64,000 nt of DNA. Source: Alphaproteobacteria bacterium UBA830 (GTDB lineage: Bacteria > Pseudomonadota > Alphaproteobacteria > MPNO01 > UBA830). Shown here one piece after another: positions 1 to 9,452 of the stretch; the stretch's first letter is position 1, and every line of letters starts with the position of its first letter. The position numbers were made by a program, and so were the translations under genes. The stretch lies in contig CAJIYX010000016.1 in the NCBI GenBank assembly GCA_905181725.1, forward strand, positions 1,738 through 65,737, written 5' to 3'. The notes below the pieces were generated by a model, which worked only from the letters and a program-made list of their open reading frames with translations, was not told the origin of the DNA and ran no database searches.

Positions 1-591
1 ACCCTCGGCCTGCTTGATGACGGCCAAGCCGACCGCCTGAAAGAGGCGGGGCTCGATTACTACAATCACAATATCGATACATCCGAGGCGTTCTACGAAG
101 AGATTATCTCGACCCGCACGTTTGCCGACCGGCTCGACACCCTCGCCCGCGTCCGCGATGCCGGCATCAATGTCTGCTGCGGCGGCATCGTCGGCATGGG
201 CGAAGTCCGGGGCGACCGCGCAGATATGCTGCAGGAACTGGCGACGCTTCCCGAACACCCGGAAAGCGTGCCGCTCAACATGCTGGTCGCCGTACCTGGC
301 ACGCCGCTTGCCAATGTGGATCCGCTCGATCCGCTGGAACTGGTGCGCGCCATCGCGACGGCCCGCCTGATGATGCCGAAATCCATGGTCCGGTTATCCG
401 CCGGGCGCCTCGAAATGAATGCCTCGACCCAGGCGCTGTGTTTCCTAGCGGGTGCGAATTCGATCTTCTATGGCGACACCCTGCTGACCACCGGCAACCC
501 GGCCCAGCAGACCGACCGGGACCTGTTCGACAAGCTCGGCGTGCGTCCCATGCCGATAGAAGCGCAGGCGGGCCTGCCCGCCGCCGAATAG
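1..591 (+). CDS. bioB: Biotin synthase (5' part outside window)
   Basis: Frame 1 is open from base 1: [28 protein letters not shown]...[10 protein letters not shown]...PESVPLNML...RLSAGR...[14 protein letters not shown], the BioB C-terminal motifs; stop TAG at 589-591. Confidence 0.97.
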   Translation, partial: TLGLLDDGQADRLKEAGLDYYNHNIDTSEAFYEEIISTRTFADRLDTLARVRDAGINVCCGGIVGMGEVRGDRADMLQELATLPEHPESVPLNMLVAVPGTPLANVDPLDPLELVRAIATARLMMPKSMVRLSAGRLEMNASTQALCFLAGANSIFYGDTLLTTGNPAQQTDRDLFDKLGVRPMPIEAQAGLPAAE

Positions 592-595
592 GCCG

Positions 596-1867
596 ATGCC
601 GGGCGCCCCGACCGCCCATATCTGGCTGCCTTATACCCAGATGCAGGATGCGCCTGAGCCGCTGCGGGCCGCACGCACCGCGGGATCGCGGATCATCCTG
701 GAGGACAGGCGCGAACTGATCGATGCCGTCGCATCGTGGTGGACGGCGTGCCACGGCTATAACCACCCGCATATCGTGATGGCGATGGAAAAGCAGCTTC
801 ACACCATGCCGCATGTGATGTTCGGCGGGCTTGTACATGAACCGGCGGAAAAACTTGCCGCCCGTCTGGCCGTGATGCTGCCCGGCCCGCTCAACCGGGT
901 GTTCTTTGCCGATTCCGGCTCGGTCGCGGTCGAGGTCGCGATGAAAATGTCGGTGCAGTTCTGGCTCAATCAGGGCGATACCGGCCGCACCCGCTTCCTC
1001 AGCTTCCGCGACGGCTATCACGGCGACACGCTGGCCGCGATGTCGGTCACCGACCCGGACGAGGGCATGCATGCGCTGTTCAAAGGCTACCTGCCTGAAC
1101 AGGTAATAGCACCCATCCCGCGGGACGAGGCGAGCGCCGACACATTCCGGCAATTGCTGCACGATCACCAGGGTGAGATCGCTGCCGTGATCGTGGAACC
1201 GCTGGTCCAATGTGCGGGTGGCATGAAGATGCACGATGCGGCCACGCTGAAGGGCATCGCCGACGCCGCCAAAGACGCCGGTGTGTTGCTGATCTGCGAC
1301 GAAATCGCGGTCAATTTCGGGCGCACCGGCACCCTGTTCGCGCACACGCAGGCGAACATCGCCCCCGACATCATCTGCCTCGGAAAGGCACTGACCGGCG
1401 GGGTGATCAACCTCGCGGCCACGGTTGCCACCGCGGACCTGTTCGACGCATTCCTGTCCGACCGCGCGGAGGCAGCGCTCATGCACGGCCCGACCTATAT
1501 GGCGAGCCCGCTGGCCTGTGCCGCCGCCAACGCCTCGCTCGACCTGTTCGACAGCGAACCCCGCCTGCAGCAGGTCGCGACAATAGAAGCACAGCTCAAA
1601 AGAGATCTCGCACCACTGGCCTCGTTACCGGGAGTTGTGGACGTGCGGGTAAAGGGTGCCATCGGCGCAGTGCAGGTCTCGGAGTTGCACAATCTCGACT
1701 GGCTGAAAGCGCAGTTCGTCGAGGCTGGCATCTGGCTGCGCCCGTTCGGCAACGTGATCTACACCATGCCGCCCTATACAGTGACGTCCGCGGAACTTTC
1801 CGCGATTACGGGTGCCATGGCGAAAATCCTGCCGCGCTGGGCCGCGCGCGAAATCGACGCAGAGTAA
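596..1867 (+). CDS. bioA: Adenosylmethionine-8-amino-7-oxononanoate aminotransferase
   Basis: HIWLPYTQM, DAVASWW, GYHGDT, EPLVQCAGGM, PLP lysine in GKALTGG, HGPTYMASPLACAAA; 4 bp downstream of bioB. Confidence 0.96.
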   Translation: MPGAPTAHIWLPYTQMQDAPEPLRAARTAGSRIILEDRRELIDAVASWWTACHGYNHPHIVMAMEKQLHTMPHVMFGGLVHEPAEKLAARLAVMLPGPLNRVFFADSGSVAVEVAMKMSVQFWLNQGDTGRTRFLSFRDGYHGDTLAAMSVTDPDEGMHALFKGYLPEQVIAPIPRDEASADTFRQLLHDHQGEIAAVIVEPLVQCAGGMKMHDAATLKGIADAAKDAGVLLICDEIAVNFGRTGTLFAHTQANIAPDIICLGKALTGGVINLAATVATADLFDAFLSDRAEAALMHGPTYMASPLACAAANASLDLFDSEPRLQQVATIEAQLKRDLAPLASLPGVVDVRVKGAIGAVQVSELHNLDWLKAQFVEAGIWLRPFGNVIYTMPPYTVTSAELSAITGAMAKILPRWAAREIDAE

Positions 1868-1914
1868 AAGTACCGGGCAGGCTGTTTCCGGCAGATGCCG
1901 ACGAGCCGAAGATG

Positions 1915-2352
1915 TCAGCTGTGCCGGTAGCGGCGGTAAAAGCCTAGCGCCATGATCGCTAACCCAAGGATCGCAAGCGGCGCGGGCTCGGGAATCTCGG
2001 TGGCTTCTTCATACACATCCCACTCAGCGCGATTGAACAGCGCCCAACGCACGTCGCCTGACGATCCGACAGGGGCAAGTGTAAAACCGGTTGCACCGAG
2101 CTGCATTGTGCCGACAGCCCCGGTCTGCACGTCCTGGCGGCCGACCGCACCGTCAGGCGGCCAGATCGCATCCGCGTTGCGGAGCGAGATCGTGCCGGCG
2201 GACATCCCGGAACCAATCACGAATTCCGGCGTGTCGCTGGTGCGTAGAATATCCGCGCCCACCCCGGCCCCTGCCGAAAGCGGCAGCAGAGACAACGCAA
2301 GTGTCACGCCAACGACATGCGAAATTTCTTTCGCATTCCTCATAATTCTCAT
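1915..2352 (-). CDS. Small PEP-CTERM sorting-domain exported protein
   Basis: N-terminal signal-like segment (VVGVTLALSLLPLSAGA) and C-terminal IPEPAPLAILGLAIMALGFYRRYRHS (PEP + TM helix + basic tail). Start may be 2343. Confidence 0.8.
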   Translation of the reverse strand: MRIMRNAKEISHVVGVTLALSLLPLSAGAGVGADILRTSDTPEFVIGSGMSAGTISLRNADAIWPPDGAVGRQDVQTGAVGTMQLGATGFTLAPVGSSGDVRWALFNRAEWDVYEEATEIPEPAPLAILGLAIMALGFYRRYRHS

Positions 2353-2494
2353 CCGGAGCCTACCCAGTGGAATTCAACTACCTGTCTTTTCTAACATGAC
2401 CGACGCAGGAGGCAATCCTGCAAAGGTCCACGGCAACATAAAGACACAACTCCCGCCCTGCTGATCCTCAGCAAGAGAATGTGGAATAGCGGCG

Positions 2495-3112
2495 CTAAAA
2501 CTGGTGGGTGAACACCTTCGCGCCGTAGGTGGCCTCTATATAGCGCCCGAACCGGAACTTGATCTCGGGGCCGTCCATCGGTGGCTCTTCGATCCGGTGA
2601 TCCGCCGCATTCATTGGATCGAGTTCCAGAACCACAAAACGATGGCCTTCCTCATTACCGCGGAAAGCGGCATCGAAACCGTCTTCAAGCGCCGCCATAT
2701 TGTCGAAATTCCAGCAGCTCTCCAGCCCCATGGATTTTGCCATTGCGACAAAGTCCGTCACCGGCTTGTTCGGCAGGTCGAGATCGGACGTGCCGCCATA
2801 GACCCGGTTCGACACCAGAATATGCACGAAGTTCGGCAGGTTCAGATCGCGCTCGACCATCAGCATGGCCGGGTTCATCACGAATGCGCCGTCTCCCATA
2901 AACGCCCAGACCTTCGCCTGCGGCAGGCCGTAGGCCACACCAGACGCAAATAATGTCGACATGCTCATCGACGCATCTAGATAGAATGTCTTGTCCGCAT
3001 CCTTGGTGACATCCCACCACATCTGGGACGAATTGCCGGCGGAGGTGACCACCAGCTCCTCCTGGCGTTTAGCGGCGAGGAACTGGAAAGCATCGCGATA
3101 GGGAATGGCCAT
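2495..3112 (-). CDS. ThDP-dependent decarboxylase beta subunit (ComE/phosphonopyruvate decarboxylase-like)
   Basis: ThDP-binding motif MGDGAFVMN...VSNRVYGGT; FYLDASMSM; stand-alone PP domain of 205 aa. Confidence 0.85.
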   Translation of the reverse strand: MAIPYRDAFQFLAAKRQEELVVTSAGNSSQMWWDVTKDADKTFYLDASMSMSTLFASGVAYGLPQAKVWAFMGDGAFVMNPAMLMVERDLNLPNFVHILVSNRVYGGTSDLDLPNKPVTDFVAMAKSMGLESCWNFDNMAALEDGFDAAFRGNEEGHRFVVLELDPMNAADHRIEEPPMDGPEIKFRFGRYIEATYGAKVFTHQF

Positions 3113-3114
3113 GA

Positions 3115-3627
3115 TTAGGTCTCCCCGCGCAGCACATCGCGCGTCATGATCGCCACGACCGGGCGGCTGACGGTACGGGAATGATCGCAGGCACGCTTGA
3201 TCAGCGGGATCTTGTCGGCGCTGTCGATGATCTCGTATGTCAGGTTGATCGCATCGAGCGACGGCAGAAAATACAGCCCGTTGGAGACATGGAATTTCGC
3301 TTTGTCGCCGGGTGCGCCGCGCAGGGTCGCCAGGATCATCATCGGAATTTCATAGGTGTAGTTGATCTTGGTGATCGCGTAGATCAGCGTCATCAGCCCC
3401 GATGCGCCCATCACCGCCATCGAGCCGGTACCCGAAAAGAATGCCCCGGAACATAGCCCGACCGCCGATTCTTCGCGGTTTACCGGGACATGGCGAAACC
3501 GGTCGTCATGGTCGAATTCGCGGATGACATCTGCCACCCAGTTATCGGGCAGACTGGCGACCAGGCTGATATCACACGCCGCCGCCTGTTCAACGACGAG
3601 TTCGGCAATCTCTTTTCGGGTGTTCAC
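3115..3627 (-). CDS. ThDP-dependent decarboxylase alpha subunit (ComD-like)
   Basis: LPDNW...PVNREESAVGLCSGAFFSG with the catalytic Glu; stand-alone PYR domain; 2 bp from the beta subunit. Confidence 0.85.
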   Translation of the reverse strand: MNTRKEIAELVVEQAAACDISLVASLPDNWVADVIREFDHDDRFRHVPVNREESAVGLCSGAFFSGTGSMAVMGASGLMTLIYAITKINYTYEIPMMILATLRGAPGDKAKFHVSNGLYFLPSLDAINLTYEIIDSADKIPLIKRACDHSRTVSRPVVAIMTRDVLRGET

Positions 3628-3639
3628 GAAATGTTTCCC

Positions 3640-4107
3640 CTAGCGCTGCGGCGCATCGGCACGGGCAATATCGCCGGTGCCGTCGATCAGGATCGCCGCG
3701 AACCGGCAGGGCGCCGTCCCCCGGTTGATCCAGTTATGGCGGGTCCCCTGTTGCACCAGCACATCGCCCGACCGCAACGTGACAGTCTCGGCATCCAGCA
3801 CCATGTCCATCTCGCCGGACATGACGATGACGTAATCGACGGTTTCGGTGAAATGGGGTTCCGCCGTCACACCGGGCTGGATTTCGAGAATACGGATCAG
3901 TGTGCCGTTTTCAGGCGGCGGACGGCCGACTTCGCGGGCACCGGCATCGGTGCCGATATCCCAGCGCGCGGCCGCGCCATCGGTCACCCAGACCAGGCGC
4001 GAATCGTGCCCAGGACGGCGTGATGTGGCGTTCGATGCCACATCGTCGATCTGCACGCAGGATTGCCCTGCTTCGTTATGTCCCGTGACCACGCGTCTTA
4101 CATCCAT
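3640..4107 (-). CDS. Cupin domain protein
   Basis: RRVVTGHNEAGQS start and cupin motifs HFTETVDYVIVMSGE...GDVLVQQGTRHNWINRG. Confidence 0.9.
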   Translation of the reverse strand: MDVRRVVTGHNEAGQSCVQIDDVASNATSRRPGHDSRLVWVTDGAAARWDIGTDAGAREVGRPPPENGTLIRILEIQPGVTAEPHFTETVDYVIVMSGEMDMVLDAETVTLRSGDVLVQQGTRHNWINRGTAPCRFAAILIDGTGDIARADAPQR

Positions 4108-4208
4108 GAATGAGCTCTCCGGTCAAAATCATCTGTCCCGCGAAGAATACGACTCTGTCGAAGGTCGATCAATTCCTCGACGGATACCAGACAAGTCCAG
4201 AAAACCGG

Positions 4209-5558
4209 TTAGTCCGGCCGCTCGATCCCGACTTTTTTCAGCGCTTTGGCCTGACGTTTTTCCAGTTCATCGACATCGAATCTACCGATCATGTCATGGA
4301 ACAGCGAATGCCAGTTCAACTCGGCCTTCAGATGAAGAAATACCGACCCCAGCCCGATCGCAGCGCGGTCCATGAGGACGAATTCGCGCGGCGGGGTGAC
4401 GCCGCCGAGACGGCGCAATTCGGTGTGTACCTTGTTGGCGACCTTGGCTCCGTATATGGTGCCGTCGGTTTCCTGGATGCGGCGCGGCCGGTCTTCGAGC
4501 AACGGGCCATAGACAAATTCGGCCCACATGTTCAGCGTATCAATCACCTCGTTCGACAGCCCGGTGAAGCCCCAGGTCTCGTAGGCATGGACCGCGAGCG
4601 CCCGATCGTTGTTCTCCAGCGAGTGATAGAGATCGATCACACCCTTCACAAAACGCGGTTCGAATATCCGGATGCAGCCGAGATCCATCAGGTTGATCGA
4701 CGCGTCTTCGCGCACCGAATAATTCCCGAGATGCGGATCGCCGTGGATGGTGCCGTAGTTGTAGAACGGCACGTACCACGCCCGGAACATATTCTCCGCG
4801 ACCCGGTTGCGGGTTTCCTGATCGGTGTCGACCCATTCCATCATCCGCGTGCCGTCCAACCAGCTCATCGTCAGCAGGCGATCGGTCGACAGTTCGGGCA
4901 CCGGCTCGGGCACGTGGACGCCTTTTTCCTGTGCCAGCATGTCGCGATAAAGATCGATATGTTTGCGTTCGAGCACGTAGTCGAGCTCTTCGCGCAACCG
5001 GTCCGACACTTCGCGGTGAATTTCGCTCGCGTTCACCGCCTTGTCGTAGCGGTGATAGAGCGAAAAGACGATGCGCAGCTGCTTGAGGTCGGCTTCGACC
5101 GCCGATTTCATATCGGGGTATTGCAGCTTGCACGCCAGATCGCGCCCGTCGGGATGGACCGCCTTGTGAACCTGGCCGAGCGATGCAGCCGCCGCGGCGT
5201 CGCGCTCGAACGATTTGTACCTGTCCTGCCAGTCGGCCCCGAGTTCTGTCGCCATCCGGCGCCGGACGAACAGCCAGCCCATCGGCGGCGCGTTTGACTG
5301 CAGCTCGGCCAGTTCCTCGATGTATTCCTCCGGCAGCATGTCGGGCACGGTCGACATGATCTGGGCAACCTTCATCAGCGGGCCTTTCAGCCCGCCAAGC
5401 GCCTGTTTCAGGTCTTCGGCGTGCTTGCCCTTGTCGAGCTTCATACCGAGATAGCGTTCTCCGGCGACACGCGCCGCCAGCCCGCCGACCGCGCGGCCGA
5501 CCTTCGCATAGCGCTTTGCACGTCCGCCCAAACTGTTGCTTTCGGAGAAATCAGCCAT
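4209..5558 (-). CDS. ABC1/AarF/UbiB family atypical kinase
   Basis: KGPLMKVAQ, AAAASLGQVHKA, ACKLQYP, ELDYVLE, HGDPHLGNY, MDLGC motifs. Confidence 0.93.
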   Translation of the reverse strand: MADFSESNSLGGRAKRYAKVGRAVGGLAARVAGERYLGMKLDKGKHAEDLKQALGGLKGPLMKVAQIMSTVPDMLPEEYIEELAELQSNAPPMGWLFVRRRMATELGADWQDRYKSFERDAAAAASLGQVHKAVHPDGRDLACKLQYPDMKSAVEADLKQLRIVFSLYHRYDKAVNASEIHREVSDRLREELDYVLERKHIDLYRDMLAQEKGVHVPEPVPELSTDRLLTMSWLDGTRMMEWVDTDQETRNRVAENMFRAWYVPFYNYGTIHGDPHLGNYSVREDASINLMDLGCIRIFEPRFVKGVIDLYHSLENNDRALAVHAYETWGFTGLSNEVIDTLNMWAEFVYGPLLEDRPRRIQETDGTIYGAKVANKVHTELRRLGGVTPPREFVLMDRAAIGLGSVFLHLKAELNWHSLFHDMIGRFDVDELEKRQAKALKKVGIERPD

Positions 5559-5615
5559 GCAGGTACCGCGCTACCCGGGTCAATCCCGCCTTCAACCCCT
5601 GGATCGATCCCTGAA

Positions 5616-7427
5616 TCAATCCATGCCCTCCAGCTCGTCGATCAGGCCGCTGACCACGCTGATCCCCTTTTGCCAGAACGCCGGATCGGACGCATCCAGC
5701 CCGAACGGTGCCAGCAATTCGGTATGGCGCAGCGTTCCCCCGGCGCGCAGCATGTCGAGATACTTGTCGGCAAACCCGTCCGACGCCTGCTCGTACACCC
5801 CATACAGCGAGTTCACCAGGCAATCGCCAAACGCATAGGCGTACACGTAGAACGGCGAATGGATGAAATGCGGGATGTAGGTCCAGTACCACCGGTAATT
5901 GTCATCGAAACGGATCGCCGGACCGAGGCTTTCGGTCTGAACGCCCATCCAGAGATCGCAGATATCTTCCGCCGTCAGTTCGCCGTCGCACCGTGCGGTA
6001 TGAACGCGGAGTTCAAAATTGAAAAACGCAATCTGGCGGACGACCGTGTTGAGCATGTCCTCGACCTTGCCGGCCAGCATCACCTTGCGCTTCGCCGGAT
6101 CATCCTGTGAGCGCAGCATCCGACGGAAGGTCAGCATCTCGCCGAACACCGATGCGGTTTCCGCCAACGTCAGCGGCGTATCTGCCATCAGGTTGCCCTG
6201 GGGGGCGGCCAGCACCTGATGACAGCCATGACCCAGCTCATGCGCCAGGGTCATCACGTCACGGGTTTTGCCCTGATAGTTCAGCAGCAGATAGGGGTGC
6301 GCCGACGGCACGGTCGGATGCGCGAACGCGCCGGATGATTTGCCTTCGCGCACCGGTGCGTCGATCCACGCGTTGTCGAAGAACTGCTTACCAATATCGG
6401 CAAGATCGGTGGAAAAATCGCCATAGGCGGTCAGCACGGTCTCTGTCGCCTGTTTCCACGGGATGACGCTGTTATCGGCATCGGGTAGCGGGGCATTGCG
6501 GTCCCAGTGGTCGAGCTGATCCTTGCCGAACCATTTTGCCTTCATCGCGTAATAGCGGTGCGACAGGGCCGGATAGGCGTGCTGCACCGCCTTGTTCAGC
6601 GCGTCGACGACCTCGTCCTCGACCTGGTTGGCGAGGTTGCGCGACGATTCCGGGCGCGCAAAATGGCGCCACTTATCATCTATCTCCTTGTCTTTGGCGA
6701 GCGTGTTGGTAATCAGCGAGAACGTGCGGGCATGCTTCTTCAATTCCTCACCCAGGGTTTCGGATGCCTTTTTACGCACGCCCTCGTCCGGGTTTGACAG
6801 CATATTCATCACCTCTTCGGAGGTGAGCACCCTGCCGTCGTGATCGAAGCGCATATCGGCCATGGTCTCGTCAAACAGACGGTTCCAGGCAGCGCGGCCG
6901 GCGACCCGCTTGTCATGCAGCAGGCGCTCGATTTCCTCATCGAGCTGATGCGGGCGGAACAGCCGCGCATCATCGACCCAGGGTTTGTACTTTGCCGCTT
7001 CGGCCGATTTGAGCTGCCTGGTCAGCACCTCGTCATCAATCTCGTTGAGCTCCAGCGCAAAAAACAGCATATGGGCAGAGATATCGTTCACCCGCTCCTG
7101 CATGGTCTGATAGAAGCGCCCGACATCGGGATCGGACACGTTGCCGGCATAGACGAGCTGCGCATAGGACATCACGCGGCCCATGATCTCGTCGACGGCC
7201 TCGTATTCCGCAATCGCCGTACCCAGCGCCTTACCGCTCAGGCCCGCCAGCTTGCCCTTGTAGCGGCCCGGGAACGCGTGGGCATCTTTCGCAGCACGGT
7301 CGAGGTCTGCGTTCAACTCTGGGCTGTCATTTCCCGGATAGAGATCGACGAGGTCCCATACGGGCAAATCACCCAATATCTGGTTTTTCGGGTCTTTATT
7401 CGTCTCGTTGGCAGCTGCGGTTGTCAT
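5616..7427 (-). CDS. pepF: M3 family oligoendopeptidase F
   Basis: LPVWDLVDLY start, HELGHGCH zincin motif, LAETASVFGE, HFIHSPFYVYAYAFG. Start set at ATG 7427 (MTTAAAN). Confidence 0.93.
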   Translation of the reverse strand: MTTAAANETNKDPKNQILGDLPVWDLVDLYPGNDSPELNADLDRAAKDAHAFPGRYKGKLAGLSGKALGTAIAEYEAVDEIMGRVMSYAQLVYAGNVSDPDVGRFYQTMQERVNDISAHMLFFALELNEIDDEVLTRQLKSAEAAKYKPWVDDARLFRPHQLDEEIERLLHDKRVAGRAAWNRLFDETMADMRFDHDGRVLTSEEVMNMLSNPDEGVRKKASETLGEELKKHARTFSLITNTLAKDKEIDDKWRHFARPESSRNLANQVEDEVVDALNKAVQHAYPALSHRYYAMKAKWFGKDQLDHWDRNAPLPDADNSVIPWKQATETVLTAYGDFSTDLADIGKQFFDNAWIDAPVREGKSSGAFAHPTVPSAHPYLLLNYQGKTRDVMTLAHELGHGCHQVLAAPQGNLMADTPLTLAETASVFGEMLTFRRMLRSQDDPAKRKVMLAGKVEDMLNTVVRQIAFFNFELRVHTARCDGELTAEDICDLWMGVQTESLGPAIRFDDNYRWYWTYIPHFIHSPFYVYAYAFGDCLVNSLYGVYEQASDGFADKYLDMLRAGGTLRHTELLAPFGLDASDPAFWQKGISVVSGLIDELEGMD

Positions 7428-7491
7428 GTCTGGTTCCCTTTCGCTCCCCACGATATAAGTTGTCGAAAGCAATACGCCAACAGGGTGACCG

Positions 7492-9261
7492 ATGGATTAC
7501 GACGTTTGTACAAGCCTGCCGGCTATGTTTTTCGACAATACGGCAGAAATGGGAGACCGCAGCTTTCTATGGGAGCGGCGCGACGGTACCTGGCACCCGG
7601 TCAGCGGATCAGAGGCCAGCAGCCAGGCCACAGCGCTGAGCAGCGCCCTGAAAGCGCTCGGCGTCATCAAGGGCGACCGGGTAGCACTTGTCTCGGAAAA
7701 TCGCCCGGAATGGCTGGTCGCCGATATCGGCATTATGGCCGCCGGCGCCGTTGCGGTCCCCGCCTATGTCACCAATCAGGCCAGCGACCATCTGCACATC
7801 CTGCGCGACAGCGGCGCAAAGGGCGCCATCGTCTCCGGTCCTGCCCTCGCTAAAAACCTGCTGCCCGCCGCCCGGGAAGCAGGCCTCGAATTCATCATTT
7901 CCATGGCACCGCTCGACGGCGAAACAGACGGGCCGGTAATTCACCTGTGGTCCGACCTGCTCGCCGCCCAGGACGGCGCGACCCCGGATGTATCTGCGAT
8001 TGCCCGCACCGACACAGCCTGTCTCATTTACACATCCGGCACAGGCGGCACGCCAAAGGGCGTGATGCTGAGCCACGGCGCGATCATCTCGAACTGCAAA
8101 GGCGCCCATCACCTGCTGCTCGATTTCGGGCTGGATGACGAGGTGTTCCTGTCCTTCCTGCCGCTGTCGCATTCGTACGAGCACACGGCAGGGCTGATGT
8201 TTCCGCTGTCTATCAAGGCGGAAATCTATTACGCGGAATCCGTCGACAAGCTCGCGGCCAACATGGAAGAGGTAAAACCGACGATCATGACCGCGGTGCC
8301 GCGCCTGTACGAGACGATGTACGGACGCATCGTGCGCGGCGTGCAGCAGAAAGGCGGGCTGTCGGAAAAACTGTTCATGAAAGCGGTCGCGACCGGGCGC
8401 AAGAAATACGAAGGCACGCGGCTGTCGCTGGGTGAGACCCTGCTGGACCCTATACTGACCAAACTGGTCCGCAAGAAAGTGGCTGGGCGTTTCGGCGGTC
8501 GGCTGAAAGCCATGGTATCGGGCGGGGCGCCGCTGAACTACGAGGTCGGCGTGTTCTTCAAAGCGCTCGACGTCGAATTGCTGCAGGGATACGGGCAGAC
8601 CGAATCCGCGCCGATCATCAGCTGTAACCCGGCCAGCAACAACAAGCTGCGCACCGTGGGCCCGCCATTTGTCGATATCGACCTGAAGATCGCCCCTGAC
8701 GGCGAAATCCTGGTGCGCGGCGAACTGGTAATGCAGGGATACTGGAATAACCCGGATGCGACCACCGAAGCGATCAGCGACGGCTGGCTCCATACCGGCG
8801 ATATCGGCGAAGTGGACAATCACGGCCACCTGAAAATCACCGACCGCAAGAAAGACATTATCGTTAATTCGGGCGGCGACAATATCGCCCCGCAGCGGAT
8901 CGAGGGCTTCCTCGACCTGCAGCCTGAAATCGCGCAATCGATGGTCTATGGCGACCAGAAACCGAATATCGTCGCCCTGATCGTGCCGCACCCGGATTTC
9001 GCCGCCGACTGGGCGAAGGCGAACGGGAAAAAAATGGATATGGTGGCCCTAGTCGGCGATGCCGATTTCCGCAAGGCGATCTCCGCCGCCGTTGACCGGG
9101 TCAACACCGACATGTCGGTGATCGAGCGCGTGCGCAAATTCATACTGGCGGCCGAGGCATTCACCACCGATAACGAGATGATGACCCCGTCGATGAAAAT
9201 TCGCCGTCATGTGATCCTCGAGAATTACGGAGAGGCGCTGGAAGCGCTTTACATACGCTGA
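7492..9261 (+). CDS. Long-chain fatty acid-CoA ligase (AMP-dependent synthetase)
   Basis: YTSGTGGTPKGVMLSH, FLPLSHSYE, QGYGQTE, WLHTGDIG, DRKKDII, TPSMKIRR. Confidence 0.93.
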   Translation: MDYDVCTSLPAMFFDNTAEMGDRSFLWERRDGTWHPVSGSEASSQATALSSALKALGVIKGDRVALVSENRPEWLVADIGIMAAGAVAVPAYVTNQASDHLHILRDSGAKGAIVSGPALAKNLLPAAREAGLEFIISMAPLDGETDGPVIHLWSDLLAAQDGATPDVSAIARTDTACLIYTSGTGGTPKGVMLSHGAIISNCKGAHHLLLDFGLDDEVFLSFLPLSHSYEHTAGLMFPLSIKAEIYYAESVDKLAANMEEVKPTIMTAVPRLYETMYGRIVRGVQQKGGLSEKLFMKAVATGRKKYEGTRLSLGETLLDPILTKLVRKKVAGRFGGRLKAMVSGGAPLNYEVGVFFKALDVELLQGYGQTESAPIISCNPASNNKLRTVGPPFVDIDLKIAPDGEILVRGELVMQGYWNNPDATTEAISDGWLHTGDIGEVDNHGHLKITDRKKDIIVNSGGDNIAPQRIEGFLDLQPEIAQSMVYGDQKPNIVALIVPHPDFAADWAKANGKKMDMVALVGDADFRKAISAAVDRVNTDMSVIERVRKFILAAEAFTTDNEMMTPSMKIRRHVILENYGEALEALYIR

Positions 9262-9275
9262 GCGGCGCATTCCCG

Positions 9276-9310
9276 GACACATCCCCGGCACGGGCCCCGA
9301 CACATCCCCG
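9276..9310. repeat. Degenerate 11-12 bp direct-repeat array after the acyl-CoA ligase stop
   Basis: GACACATCCCCG at 9276-9287 and 9299-9310, flanked by related GCATTCCC/GCATCCC units. Confidence 0.6.
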
Positions 9311-9395
9311 TCGCATCCCTGTGACAATTTTCGGACTTTTCGAAGTTTTGCATAGATGATTCCCGTTTACCCCTATCTATAGGGAGGTAAATTCG

Positions 9396-9452
9396 GTGGC
9401 TATCTACCGGACTCATTGCCTAGACTGTCCCTTCAAGGAGTTAGAACGTTGA
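9396..9452 (+). CDS. Putative 18-codon leader ORF (MAIYRTHCLDCPFKELER)
   Basis: GGAGG at 9383-9387, GTG at 9396, TGA at 9450-9452 overlapping the TTG start of the BON gene. Short; could be chance. Confidence 0.3.
   Translation: MAIYRTHCLDCPFKELER

Noticed and set aside
275-1486. 403-aa antisense ORF over bioB/bioA
   Set aside because: Shadow frame of GC-rich coding sequence with no motifs. The same applies to 7609-8991, 14045-15004, 29459-30730, 30927-32618, 45717-46742 and 48015-49754.
2353-2494. Sigma54 promoter for the small PEP-CTERM gene
   Set aside because: No GG-N10-GC element with correct spacing was found on the minus strand.
9261-9320. CRISPR array (also considered at 15375 and 38130-38273)
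   Set aside because: The repeats are too short or inverted, have no unique spacers of regular length, and no cas genes are present.
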